From Malacoraja senta (lineage: Eukaryota), in contig CM075991.1 of NCBI GenBank assembly GCA_038087875.1, forward strand, positions 6,200,001 to 6,264,000: DNA of 64,000 nucleotides, given 5' to 3'. Below the pieces are notes generated by a model. It saw nothing but the letters and a program-made list of their open reading frames with translations, did no database searches and was not told where the DNA came from. A program made the translations under genes and the position numbers. Position 1 is the first letter of the stretch. Each line of letters starts with the position of its first letter. Shown here piece after piece: positions 12,101 through 25,889 of the stretch.

Positions 12101-13288
12101 CTGATTGTGGATGATTAGCCATGATCACAATGAAGGGCCAAATGGCCTCCTTCTGCACCTACTTTCTATGTTTCTATGTAAGGCTGTCAAAGGTTATGGG
12201 GAGAAGGCAGGAGAATGGGGTTGAGGGGGGGTGCAGATCAGCCATGATTGAATGGTGGAGTAGACTTGATGGGCTGAATGGCCTAACTCTACTGTGTCTT
12301 ATGATCTTATTACCAGATACTATCAATCTAAAGGAGCCATCAGAATAAAAAGGTGGTGCAAAGAGAATTTTCTTCTGACGGGGGAAGTTAAGAGTTGAAA
12401 TATGCTGCTTCCTTGGAACACACTATCAAAAGCATTCCACAGGATCATTCTTAAAAGATGCACTTCTATTGGAGTCCTTACATCCCTTTCAGACATAGAG
12501 TGCTTTTGTAAAGCAGTCAGTGTTACATACAAAAGTTGGCAGACAGTGAAACTCAGCAAGCTGGCACAAACTACACCATAATAGTGACAAGGCAATCTGC
12601 TTTTTTTCTTCTGTAATGTTTATCAAGGGATACTTATTAACAGGTATCACGGTATAACCCTTCTATTCCTCACAATATTGCCACAGAAAATGTTATGTCC
12701 ATCTTTGGCATAAAATGTCATGACAGGATTTGCACTGGAGTGTCAGAGGATGATTTTTCTGCTCGTTGTCTGGAGCGGGTCTCGAACCCACCACCTTCTG
12801 ACTGCTAACAACCCACCTTCAGCAAACATCCAGAGATGGTGTCTGACCCGCAGAGTTACTCCAGCATTGCATCTATCTTGCCAAAGACAATTGGGTTTGC
12901 ACTTGTGTAGCTGGCTAATGGGGAAGGGCTGCAGTGTGGAGGATAGATCATATAATTCTTTCAAAAGACCATATTGGGGGAGTTCAGAACCAGGGGTCCC
13001 ACAGTTTAAGATCTGTGGAATTCTCTGCCACAGAAGGCAGTGGAGGCCAATTCACTGGATGTTTTCAAGTAAGAGTTAGATATAGCTCTTAGGGCTAACG
13101 GAATCAAGGGACATGGGGAGAAAACAGGAACGGGGTACTGATTTTAGATGATCAGCCATGATCATATTGAATGGCAGTGTTGGCTCGAAGGGTCAAAAGG
13201 CCTACTCCTGCACCTATTTTCTATGTTTCTATGATACGCTGAATCGATCCTGTCATTCTTTTTAGGGGATTGAGTGTCCTACTGTTGG

Positions 13289-13323
<35 letters not shown>

Positions 13324-14503
13324 CACTCACACATAGAAACACAGAGGTCCCAAACATAGGATTGAATGCTTTCTCCACTGGAACTCATGCAGGATCTAAA
13401 CACTCTTTTTCGGCCGCCACAAATGCTACCCAACTCCACCGAGTTCCTCCAGCAGCTCGTATTTTGTTCCCTCTGGGACTAATCTCCGACATCTCTGCGC
13501 AACTTCTACCTAGCGTCTACTGCATGTCAGAATTTAATCATTCCCACCATTGGCAGCCATTCAATCATTCATCAGCCAAGCCTGGAATTCAGGGCAGCAC
13601 TGTCTCGCAGCGCTAGAGATCCGGGTTCGATCCCCACCTCGGGCGTGTCTGCGCGGAGTTTGTACGTGCTCCCTGCGACCAGGTGGGTCTCCTCCGGGTG
13701 CTCTGGTTCCCTCCCACATCCCAAATACGTGCAGATTTGTAGGTCGACACAAAGCGCTGGAGTAACTCAGCAGGTCAGGCGGCACCACTGGGGAAAAACC
13801 TTGGATGACGACAGAGTCTGAAGAAGGGTCCTGACCCGAAATGTCACCGATCCTTTCTCTCCAGAGATGCTGCCTGACCCGCCGAGTTATTCCAGGACTT
13901 TGCGTCTATCTTTTAATATAAGCCAGCATCTGCAGCTCCTTGTTTCTACAGACTTGTAGGTGGAGTGGTGCTCCCCCAGGCGTGGAAGGGGTGTACGCGA
14001 AAGTGGGATAACATAGAACCAGTGGGAACGGGAGATCGATGGTCGGCACAAAGCCGGTGGGGCTGAAGGGCCTGTTTACATGCTGTATCTTTCAATAAAA
14101 AAAATCAATGAATTCTCTCCTTAAATCTCTCTCCTTTGCTCAATGACACTCCTTATGTCAGCTAGACCTTGCCTCATGTGCCCTGTTACAGGGCAATGTG
14201 ACAAATATTGCTTCCCTCACGCTCAGTACAGAACGCCACAGGAGATCCTTCTTCCCTGTGGCTATCAAACTGTACAACTCCTCCCCCCTTCTGTCGTGGA
14301 GTAGACCGACTCCCCACCCCTCCAATCTTTGCACATCCCCAATCCTTTCCACTCGTCACTTTAATTTCATGTTTCATGTATTTTGTGTTTTATAATTTCC
14401 CTCCTGGGATAAATAAAAGTTCTATCTTCTCGTACTCAGGCTGCTATCTAAATGGGTACAAGGTGCTACATGAATGCATGTTGACGCTTTGGTCGACTCT
14501 TAC

Positions 14504-14611
14504 CGGCACTGGGTAGAATGAAGCTGAGTGTTTCTCATCCTCGTACTTGCTATCGGATGCGCTCCCGGGCTCCATGCTGCCCTTGGTGGTTGTATTTCTG
14601 CCGTTTCCCAT
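14504..14611 (-). CDS. slc23a2: SVCT2 first coding exon, copy 2; whole exon 14504-14793
   Basis: Identical to 2882-3171, with intact acceptor (14794-14795), ATG at 14611 and GTAAGA donor (14503-14498). Confidence 0.88.
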
Positions 14612-15793
14612 CGGTTTCCACAAGGAACAGAGGCGGAGGGGGTTGAGCGTCTGGTACGAAAATACACCAGGGAGTAGGCTGGGGGGGGGAGGTCAGTTTT
14701 CCCACACACCGGCCCCCAGGGAAGTCAGGTATCAATCAGACGCTCTGCTGACATGACTTGACAATCCAGACGAGTCTGCATACGTCACTAGGTCTGAAAA
14801 TCAAATAAAAAATAAAACAGAATACGTTTCAATTTGAGAATCTGGAACCTGCCTACCATGCAATTACAGACTGGCAAGATGACACTACGCCCAGGAATGA
14901 TCTTAATAAATGCCATCATTTCACCATACAATAGGCAAGGAAAGAAAATTCCATCTGTCAGTCTACAAAGCAATATTTCATACATCTCCGATCTGGGCAG
15001 CACTGTTTCAAGCAGTAGAGTTTCTGCCTTACAGCGGCAGAGACCCAGGTTAGGTCCGAACTATGGGTGCTGTCTGTACAGAGTTCATACGTTCTCCCTG
15101 TCTCCACCTGGGTTTTCTAGGGGTGCACTGGTTTTCTCCCACACTCCAAAGACACACAGGCAAACGCAGGTTAATTAGCTTTGGTAAGTTGTAAAAATAT
15201 TTGTCCATAGTGTGCGTAGGTTAGTGTACAGGGTGATCGCTGGTTGGCACGGACTCAGTGGGCTGAAGGGCCTGTTTCAAAGCTGTATCTCTAAAGTCTA
15301 AAGGTCTGTTTAACAATATCAATTCACATCACAGGCAGGTACGATAGTGGCGTTTACGAGGCTTTTAGATAGGAACATGGGTGTGCAGGGAATGGAGGAA
15401 TATGGATTGTGTACAGGCAGATAAGTGTTGGCCGGGAAGGACATTGTGGGTCAAAGAGCCTGATCTTGAGCTGGACTGCTTCACATGGTGTGGTTTGAGT
15501 TCCCAGTTTCTACAGGATCATGTACAGGCAGATGAGAGCAGTTTAACTCGGCATCATGTTCGACAAAAAGCATTGTGGGCCGAAGTGCACCTTCCCGTGT
15601 TGTAACTGTTGTCAAAGTTCAGCCTTCTTCCACATGCTGCCGGTAACAAAAGCAAACACGTTGCTTGAGCACTAACTACGTAATCTCAGTTACTCCAGGC
15701 GCCATGAGTTTGCAAATTTAAGGTATTTGAAGTGAACAGTGGGATGATGAAGACATATCCTTCTCACGGGAAAAGTGTGTGTGTGTGTGTGTT

Positions 15794-15829
<36 letters not shown>

Positions 15830-18800
15830 GGGGACATGTCTGTATACGCGCGTTTAGAAAGGCTTATGGTGTTTAGATATGAGCCCTTGAAGTGCACACG
15901 AGAAGCCGCCATGAAAATAAAGCCCACGCCACCCCTCCCCCCAAAACATATTTATAAAACATCCACACAGCCTCTACCGCCAATATATCTTGTGTAACAC
16001 AATTTAACAGCAAACGGGGAAAGCGCTGGATCTGACAACAGGAGAGAGGGATCAATGCATGTAAATAGAAGGGGGGGGGAGAGTGGAGGTCACTGCGATC
16101 CGTGGCATTGTCTTCTTAACCCCTTCCATCTTCACAGCCCGCTGTCATTCCCTCAATGCAGGGACATCATCCCCATTTATGAAATCTGCTTTTCTCATCT
16201 CCCCTTCCTTCTCCCTCTCCTTCCTTCTCTCTCCCCTCTTCTTTCTCCCTCCCCTTCTCTCTCCCCTCTTCTTTCTCCCTCCTCTCTCTCTCTCCTTCCT
16301 TCTCCCTCTCCTCTCTCTCCCTCCTCTCTCTCCTTCCTTCTCCCTCTCCTCTCTCTCTCTCTCTCCCTCCCCTCTCCCATCTTCTTTCTCCCTCCCCCCT
16401 CTCTTCCTCCTCTCTCTCTCCCCTCTTCTCTCTCATTCTCTTTCTCCCTTCTCTCTCTCTCCCACCCCCTCTCTCCCCCTCTTCTCTCTCATTCTCGCTC
16501 TCCCACCCCCCCTCTATCACCCTCTTCTCTCCCACTCCTCTCTTCTCTCTCATTCTCTCTCTCCCTTCTCTCTCCCACTCCCCTCTTCTCTCTCTCCCTT
16601 CTCTCTCTCCCACCCCCCCCCCCTCCCCCTCTCTACCTCCCTCTGTCCCTCTCCTTCCCGCTCTCTATAATTGCTGCGAGCCGTGGCCGGGGGAAGGAAG
16701 GCCAGAGAGGGGGAAGCTTGCGATGCAAATCCATCCACCTCCAGGCTCCCGTCTGCAAAGCTCCCAGCGGAGGCCAACGCAACCTTCCAACAAGCGGGTG
16801 AAAGTGACATGAAAGCCGCACCGTGGAGCCTCTGCAATAACGGGAAAGGGCAAAGCTTGCTCTGGTTGGTGCAAGCTGCATGGGGGGTGGGTGGTGCAGC
16901 TGCGGCGGATGAACCGGCTGGCCGTGCATGGAGAGAGAGCTCCTTACCTTGCCAGCGAGGCCTCTCACCGCTCCAGCAACCCCACTGCCGGCTGCTACCG
17001 TGCCGGCTCCGCGCTCCACAACCCGGGCTTCTCAGCCACTGCTGTTCCTGCACTGTGTGCTGGTTTGCAGCCGGAAGACATCACCCGACCCAGCTCTGCT
17101 CAACGTCATTCACAGGAGAACAGAACCAATTGCAGCCGCCTTCCAACGTGCACAGCCACTCACTTGGCAAAACAAAAAAAAGCGCCATCTGCAGTCACCC
17201 TCTGATGTGAACAGCTAACCTGTTCATTGCACAGAAAGTCCTGGAGGCAGTCCTCTAGGATTCATGATTTTACGGGAGAATTAAAAAAAATCCCCCTGTA
17301 GGAATAGGCAACTCAAGCCACACTGTGTACACGCAGAACAGCACAACACAAGATTGGGCCCTGATCTTGTATCTCTATCTCCCTCTGCCCTGACTAACAG
17401 TCTGAAGCAGGGGATAGACACAAAATGCTGGAGTAACTCAACGAGACCCTGCTTCAGACTCAGTTCAGATTTAGTCTGAAGCAGGGTCTCGACCCGAAAC
17501 GCCCCCCATTTCTTGTATCCAGAGATGCTGCCTGTCCCGCTGAGTTACTCCAGCATGTAAAATTTTCAAGATTCAAGAGAGTTTATTGTCATGTGTCCCT
17601 GATAGGACAATGAAATTCTTGCTTTGCTTCAGCACAACAGAACATAGTAGGCATTGACTACAAAACAGATCAGTGTGTCCATATACCATTATGTAAATAT
17701 ATACACACATGAATAAATAAACTAGGGGAACTGATGAAGTGCAAATAACAGATAATGGGCTATTAATGTTCAGAGTTTTGTCCGAGCCACGTTTAATAGC
17801 CTGATGGCTGTGGGGAAGTAGCTATTCCTGAACCTGGTCGTTGCAGTCTTCAGGCTCCTGTACCTTCCACCTGAAGGTAGCGGGGAGATGAGTGTGTGGC
17901 CAGGATGGTGTGGGTCCTTGATGATACTGCCAGCCTTTTTTGAGGCAGCGACTGCGATAGATCCCCTCGATGGAATGGACGTCAGAGCCGATGATGGACT
18001 GGGCAGTGTTTACTACTTTTTGTAGCCTTTTCCTCTCCAGGGCGCTCAAGTTACCGAACCAAGCCACGATACAACCGGTCAGCATGCTCTCTACTGTGCA
18101 CCTGTAGAAGTTAGAGAGTCCTCCTTGACAAACCGACTCTCCGTAATCTCAGGAAGTAGAGGCGCTGATGTGCTTTCTTAATAATTGCTAAATTTTGTGT
18201 TTATCTTCGGTTTAAAGCAGCATCTGCAGTTCTTTTCTACACAAGCCGGTGCTGAACAACAGCGCGGCCGGTGCTGAACAACATCGCGGAGTCCTGGGGC
18301 CCTTTACCGAGGGCCGCCAGCGTTGAATCTCCGCCCAGCATGGCCTGTGGACTTTGGGAGCCGCGGAACCCGGTAGGAGGTGGCCGACTCTGATGTCCAG
18401 GCCGCTGAGGACCCCAGCCCCGACGTCGGACTTGCATCACCCCGGCGAGCGGGCCTGAACATCGGGCCGCCCGTAGCGGCGACTGCGGTGGGCTCGGGGA
18501 GGCCCCGACCACGGGTGAACATTGGGGAACATTAGAGGAAGATGACTGACTTTGGTGCCTTCCCTCACAGTGGCTAACTTTGATTCTGCTGTGTGGGGAT
18601 GTTTTATGTTGAACTCTATCGTGTGTTGTGTTCTTTATTTTTTATTGTATGGCTGTATGGTGACCACACATTTCACTGTGCCAACCGGCACATGTGACAA
18701 TAAATGTATCTTGTATCTTGTAAGATCAGGCCCGTCTGCCCATAATGTTTGTGCCAAATGTGCTCATGATCATTGGATATGTAGGGAATGGGGAGATATG

Positions 18801-20295
18801 GATCATGTGTAGGAAGAGAAGATTTAGTTTATCTTGGCTTCGTGTTGTACATGCACATTGTGGGCAGAAGGCCCTTTCCCTGTCCTACAAAACTTAAATC
18901 TTCAGGGGAATTAAAAACAATTCTGGAGGGTGAGAGGGAACAGAGTGTAACATGTACATGAAGCACCCTCTTACATGAACCAGCACATTACCCCAGGTAG
19001 AAAAGAGGTTAGATTAACTTGGCATCATGTTGGGTGCCGACATTGTGGGCCAAAGAGACTGTTACCATGCTGTACTTTTCTGTGTTCTTTGATAAGATCC
19101 AAGTCAAAATTCGTCTCTCCTCTCCAGTGTAATCACATGTTCCTGTAATGTGACTAGATCTGTCCATTAGGCTTAAGCTGTGGCAAGATACAAGATACAT
19201 TTATTTGTCACATGTACCAATTGTACAGTGAAATGTGTGGTCGCCATACAGCCATACGAATAATAAAGAGCATAGAACACGATAGTCCCCACACAACGGA
19301 ATCAACGTTTCCCACTGTGAGGGAAGGCTCCAATCATCCTCCTCTGTTGTTCACCCGTGGTCGGGGGGCTCCGAACCCCTCGCAGTCGCCGCTATGGGCG
19401 GCCCGATGTTCAGGCCCTCTCGCCGGGATGATGGAACTCCGACATCGGAACGGGAGAACCACCTCAACGGCTTCGACATCCAAATCGGCCACTTCCTACC
19501 GGAGTCCGCGGCTCCCGAAGTCCACAGGCCGCGCTGGGCGGAGATTCAACGCTGGCGGCCCTCGTCAAAGGGTCCCAGGACTCCGCGATGTTGAAGTCAG
19601 CGCCGCCCGCGCTGGGTGCTCCGCAAACCACAGCTCCCCGATGTTGAAGCAGCAGGCCCAGCACTCCGGAGCTTCAAACGGCGATCCAGGTAGGTATTGC
19701 ACGCTCCGCGGTGAATCCAGTGCTGCGCCGCCGCTGCTGAAGCTTTGGCCGGTCCCCGGCAGGAAAGGCCGCTCCAATCCAGTTGGTTGGTCGTGAGGAG
19801 GGGGGCGAGGACGCGACTCGGAGAATAGTCGCATCCTCGCCAGGAAGTGACTGGGCAACGGTTTCCCCCTTACCCTACCCCCTCCCCCACATAGAAAAAC
19901 AAAAGAAACCTCCAAAACCCACTTTTAAAACAGACTAAAAATTTAAAAAAGATAGAAAAACAGACAGACTGGAGGCAGAGGCAGCCATCAATGCGGCGCC
20001 CCTAGTGGTAGCAAGATAAGCATTGTAACAACTGTAGCATAACCTCCATGCTGTTATGTTCAGTTTTGTTTATTGTCACGTGTACCGAGGTACAGTGATA
20101 AGCTTTTGTTGCATGCTAACCAGTCAGCAAAAAGACAATACATGATTACAATCGATCCATTTACAGTGTATAGATAGATGATAAGGGAATAATGTTTAGT
20201 GCCAGGTATAGCCAGCAAAGTCCGATCATGGATAGTCCAAGGGTCATCAAAGAGGTGGATAGTAGTTCAGCACTGCTCTCTGGTTGTGGTAGGAT

Positions 20296-23200
20296 AGAAA
20301 CATAAAAACAGAACATAGAAAATACGTGCAGGAGTAGGTCATTTGGCCCTATGAGCCAGCACCTTCATTCAATATGATCATGGCTGATCATCCAAATTCA
20401 GTACCCCATTCCGGCTTTTCCCCCATATCCCTTGATTCCCTTAGCCCTAAGAGCTAAATTTCACTCTCTCTTGAAAACATCCAGTGAATTGGTCTGTGGC
20501 AGAGAATTCCACAGATTCACAACTCTCTGGGTTGAAAAGTTTTTCCTCATCTCAGTCCTAAATGGCCTACCCCTTATTCTAAACTGTGACCCTGGGTCAT
20601 CGGGAACATTTTTCCTGCATCTACCCTGTCCAATTCTCTAAGAATTATATATGTTTTTATAGGATCCCCTACCATCCTTCTAAATTCCATTGAATACAAG
20701 TCCAGTCAACCCATTCTTCATTATACGTCAGTCCCGCCATCCTGGGAATTAACCTGGTAAACCTACGCTGCATTCCCTCAATAGCAATAATGCCCTTCCT
20801 CAAATTAGGAGACCAAAATTGCACACAATACTCCAGGTGCGGTCCCTAACAGGGTCCTAAACAACTGCAGTAGGACCTCCTTGCTCCTAAATTCAAATCT
20901 TCTCGCAATGAAGGCCAACATGCCATTGGCTTTCATAACTGCCTGCTATACCTGCATGCTTACTTTCAGAGACTGATGTAAAAGCACACCCAGGTCTCAT
21001 TGCACCTCCCCTTCTCCTAATCTGACACCATTCAGATAATAATCTACCTTCCTGTTCTTGCCACCAAAGTGCATAACCTCACATTTATCCACATTATACT
21101 GCATCTGCCATGCTTCTGCCCACTCATCCAACCTATCCAAGTCACCCTGCAGCCTCATAGCATCCTCATCGCAGCTCACACTGCTACCCAGCTTTGTGTC
21201 ATCCGCAAACTTAGAGATGTTAAATTTAATTCCCTCGTCTAAATCGTTAATATATATTGTAAACAACTGGGGTCCCAGTACCGAGCCTTGCAGCACACCA
21301 CTAGTCACTGCATGCCATTCTGAAAAGGACCCGTTAATTCCTACTCTTTGCTTCCAGTCTGCCAACCAGTACTCTATCCATGTCAATACCCTACCCCCAA
21401 TACCATGTAGTCTAATTTTGTACATTAATCTCTTGTGTGGGACCTTGTCAAATGCTTTTTGAAAGTCCAGATATACCACATCCACTGACTCTCCCTTATC
21501 CATTCTACTTGTTACATCCTTAAAAAATTTCAAAAGATTAGTCAAGCATGATTTCCCCTTCATAAATCCATGCGGACTTTGACCAATCCCGTCACTGCTT
21601 TCCAAATGCGCTGCTATAATATCTTTAATAGTCGACTCCAGCATCTTCCCCACTACCGATGTAAGGCTAACTGGTCTATAATTCCACCTCTCCCTCCTTT
21701 CTTAAAAAGTGGAGTTATATTGTCTACCCTCCAGTTCACGGGAACTGATTCAGAGTCGAGAGAACATTGGAAAATGATCACCAATACATCCATGATTTCT
21801 AGGGCCACCTCCTTGAGTACTCTGGGATACAGACCATCTGGCCCTGGGGATTTATCTGCCTTCAGTCCCAACAGTTTACCTAACACCATTTTCTAACTAA
21901 TGTGGATAAAGGGGAGCCATCCAGTTGGGTATGGCTGCCCTGCCTGCAGCTGTCCGTCCTTTCACTCCTTTATTTTTTTTTAGTATGTTAAAAGTGTTTT
22001 GTTTGGAGGTCTAGTCTTTTTATGTGGGGTGCGGGGGGGGGGGAGAAGGGGGAAACTGTATTTCTCAGTCCCTATCTGGTCGGAGAGGCGGCTTTCCTCC
22101 GCGCCGCATCTTCGCCCCTGTCCTCGCGGCCTACCATCGGGACTGGAGCGGCGTTTCCTGCCAGGACCAGCCAGAACCTCGGCTTTGGCGGCGGCACAGC
22201 GCTGGAGCGCCATCACGGAGCGGGCGATGCATTGCCCGGGTTACCATGCTGGAGCTCCAGAATGCTGAGTCCGCCGATTGGAACATGGCGGAGCTGCGGG
22301 TCTGTGGTGCTGACTTTAACATCGCGGAGCCTGGGATCTCTCGTCGAGATCGCCAGTGTTGGAGCTCCGACCAGCGAGGCCTGTTGGCTTCGGGAGCCGC
22401 GGTCTCCGGTAAGGAAGCGGCCGTTCCAGGTATTCCAAGCCGCTGAGAGGATTCTCCCGACGCCGGAGCACCATCATCTGGCGAGAGGGCCTGAAACATT
22501 GGGCCGCCGTAGCGGCGACTGCAGAGGCCTCAGTAGGCCCGACTAGGGGAGAACAAGAGGATGAGGACTGGACTTTGTGCCTTCCCCATTGTGGGGGGAT
22601 GTTTTATGTTTAATGTTAAATTCTTCTTTAATGTTGTGTTGTATTCTTATTAGTGTGCTGCAATGGCAACTCGAATTTCACTACACCAATTGGTGTATGT
22701 GACAATAAATGAACCTTTGAACCTTTGATACCCTTCAGTTCATCCTCCCACTAGATCCTCAGTTCCCTAGTATTTCCGGGAGATTGTTTGTGTCTTCCTT
22801 AGTGAAGACAGAACAAAAGTACTCGTATAATTCTTCTGCCATTTCCTTGTTTCCCATTATAAATTCACCTCTCTCTGACTGTAAGGGACCTACATTCGTC
22901 TTCACTAATCTTTTCCTTTTTACATGTAGAAACTTTTACAGTCAGTTTTTATATTCCCCGCAAGCTTTCTCTTATTTTCTTTTTTCCTCCTCTTAATTAA
23001 CCCCTTTGTCCTCCTCTGTTGAGTTCTAAATTTCTCTCAGTCCTCTGGTTTGCCGCTTCCTCTGGCCAATTTATATGCCTCTGCCTTGGCTTTTACACTG
23101 TCCTTGACTTCCCTCTTCAGCCACGGTTGAGCCGCCTTCCCAGTTTTATTTTTTCACCAGACAGGGATGAATTTCTGGAGTTCATCCATGCAGTCTTTAA

Positions 23201-24558
23201 ATCTTCGCCATTGCATCTCCACTGTCAACCCTTTAAGTATACCGTAATTCACCAGTCTATCTTAGCCAATTCCCATGTCATACCTTCAAAGTCTCCTTTA
23301 TTCAATTTCAGGACCCTAGTCTCTAAATTAACCGTGTCACTCTCCATCCTAACGCAGAATTCCCCTGTTGCCCAAGGGGCCTTGCACAACAAGATCGCTA
23401 ACTAATCCTTCCTCATTACACAATACCCAGTCTAGGATGCCCTGCCCTCTAACCAGTTCCTCTACATATTGATTTAAAAACCCCATCACTTCTGCATTCC
23501 AGGAAATCCTCCTCATCAGGGCTGCTATCAATTTGGTTGGCCCAATCTGTATGTAGATTAAAGTCACCCATGATAACCGCTGCACCTTTGCTACACACAT
23601 CCCTAATTTCCTGCTTGATGCTATCCCCAACCTCCCTACTGCTGTTTGGTGGTCTGTATACAACTCCAACAAGCGTTTTCTGCCCTTGGTTATTTCGCAA
23701 TTCTACCCATACCGATTCTACAGCATCCAAGCTAATGTCTCTACTTGCTATTGCATTAATCTCCTCTTTAATCAACAATACCACCCCACCTCCTCTTCCT
23801 TTCTGTCTATCCTTCCTGAATATCAAATCCCCCTGCATGTTTAGCTCCCAGCCTTGATCACCCTGGAGCCATGCCTCACTAATTCCAACTATATCATATC
23901 CCTTAACTACTAACTGCGAATTCAATTCATCCATTAGCTGCACGGATACACGTGTTCCCCCCCCCCCCCCCACCACTTTTTAGGTTAAGCCCACCCGTGT
24001 AGCATTAGCAAACCTGCCTGCCAGAATGTCTGTCCCCTTACAATTAAGGTGCAACCCGTCCCTTTTGTACAGGCCACCACTGCCCCAGAAGAGATTCCAG
24101 TGATCTAGAAATCTAAATCCCTGCCCCCTTGCACCAACTTCTCAGCCACTCATTCAGATCCCCAACTCCCTGTTCCTACCCTCACTAGCACGAGGTACTG
24201 GAAGCAACCCAGAGATAACCACCCTAGAAGTCCTGCTTTTCAGCCTCCTCCCTAGTTCTCTATACTCACGTTGCAGAACCTCCTTCCACTGCTTACCCAC
24301 GTCATTTGTGCCTTCATGCACAACTACATCCGGCTGCTGACCTTCCCTCTCAAGGATGTTCCGAAGTTGGTCTGAGACATCTTGGCACCAATGAGGCAAC
24401 ACACCATCTGAATCTCCTGTCCGCACCTCGGACAATGGATTCACCCACCATTATGGCCCTGTCTGACGTCGATCTCTTCTCAGTGCTAGGATTTGAGTCA
24501 CAGACCTGTCCCGCCGCTCTGGACTGGACTGGAAGCGTCGTCTGAGCCGACAGCTCCC
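20296..24558 (-). mobile_element. Near full-length degenerate CR1 (HER1-like) LINE: ORF1 SGNH-esterase-like, ORF2 APE endonuclease + RT
   Basis: ORF1 VVVHEGTNDV...VVISGLLP (24154-24444); EN GISEAW...GVVYRPP...MGDFN (23449-23976); RT KSPGPDG, LDFQKAFDKV, FADD (20997-21889); ATAGAAAC-like tail at ~20296. Frameshifted. Splits a Rex-like fragment (~20055-20295 / ~24559-24845). Confidence 0.95.
21909..22726 (+). mobile_element. ~820 bp GC-rich non-autonomous retroelement inserted in the CR1
   Basis: GATA on both sides (21905-08, 22727-30), and removal restores CR1 atgtggata|cccttcag. Has atggctgcc leader and tail gacaataaat(GAACCTTT)2. Confidence 0.8.
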
Positions 24559-25117
24559 AAGATAATTCAGTTGCCTGATAACAGCTGGGAAGAAACTGTC
24601 CCCGATTCTGGTGGGATGTGTTTTCACACTTCTATACATTTTGCCTGTGAGGAGAGGGGAGAAGAGGGAGTGGCCGGGGTGCAACTCATCCTTAATTATG
24701 CTGCTGGCCTTGCAGAGGCAGCGTGAGGTATAAATGGAGTCAATACAATGGGAGGTTGCTTCGTGTGATGGTCTGGGCTGCCCTCACAATTCGCTGCAAT
24801 TCCTTGCATTCTTGGATGGAGCTGTTCCCAAGCCAAGCTGTGATGCTGTTATATTCAAAGATTTGTCTAATAAAGAAAGGAATCTCCTGTGCCATTTCTT
24901 TATATTACCTCATCCATCTGCCCTGCAACCTTTAAGGATCTGAGATCATTTTCCTCTGTCCTTCATTAATTCTGTTCACTATTAATCTATAATTTGTCAT
25001 TTACGTAATTTGTCATTTCCTGAATATCGAATACCCCTAAATGTTTAGCTCCCAGCCTTGGTCACCCTGGAGCCATATCTCCATAATTCCACCTATATCA
25101 TATCCCTTAACTACTAA

Positions 25118-25390
25118 TGCCAGAGACATGGGTTCGATCCCAATTACGGGTGCTTGCCTGTATGGAGTTTGTATGTTCTCCCTGTGACTTTTCTCCGTGT
25201 GGCTTTTCTCCGAGATCTTTGGTTTCTTCCCACACTCCTGAGACGTACAGGTTTGTAGGTTAATTGGCTTAGTATAAATGTAAATTGTCCCTAGTGTGTG
25301 TAGGATAGTGTTAATGTGCAGGGATTGCTGGTCGGTGCAGACTCGATGAGCCGAAGGTCCTGTTTCCGTGCTGTATCGCTGAACTAAACT
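25118..25390 (+). mobile_element. HE1/V-SINE, 5'-truncated
   Basis: B box ggttcgatccc, conserved core, CR1-like tail. Confidence 0.85.
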
Positions 25391-25889
25391 ATTTCTCTCA
25401 TGAGAAAAATACTGAATTGTTGTAAAACTTTATGGGTTTAAAATACCCTCCAGGGAAGGAAATCTCCCGAAATTACCCTTCCTGGCCCATATGTTACCTG
25501 TCGATCCACCAATGCCCTTGACATTTCACTCCCTCTTCAATGCAAGAACAATCACGACCAAAGAACACATTTTAGCACGATCAGCAAAGTCCACATTAGG
25601 TAAAAAACGTATTACATTTTTTCCATGCATGGATTTGCTGCACATAAATTGGCTACCAAGTATAGAAAAGTGACCTCAAAAGTACTTAGTTGGTTGAAAT
25701 GTTATTCAAGGGCAACTTGAATTATCAAGGAATAATAGCAAATTATTATTATTATAGACATATCAATGTAAAGAAAAAGATTATAGTATGAATAGAACTA
25801 TCAAAATAATATGGATGAAATATTACAATAGTTTGGTTTAGTTTAGTTTAGTGTAGTTTAGTTTAGTATTGTAAACCAATATTAGTATA

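Larger units (their letters stand above)
370..21369. repeat. ~9.38 kb tandem duplication (clean unit 11990-21369; previous unit 370-11989 inflated by gap/overlap; tail of a further unit at 1-369)
   Basis: 1.. matches 11621.. and 21002..; 9134.. matches 18514.. (period 9380-9381). The same junction ccaaccagt|ctgccacagaagg occurs at 369/370 and 11989/11990, whereas at 21369/21370 the CR1 continues normally (ccaaccagt|actctatcc). Copies differ almost only by small indels. Confidence 0.95.
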
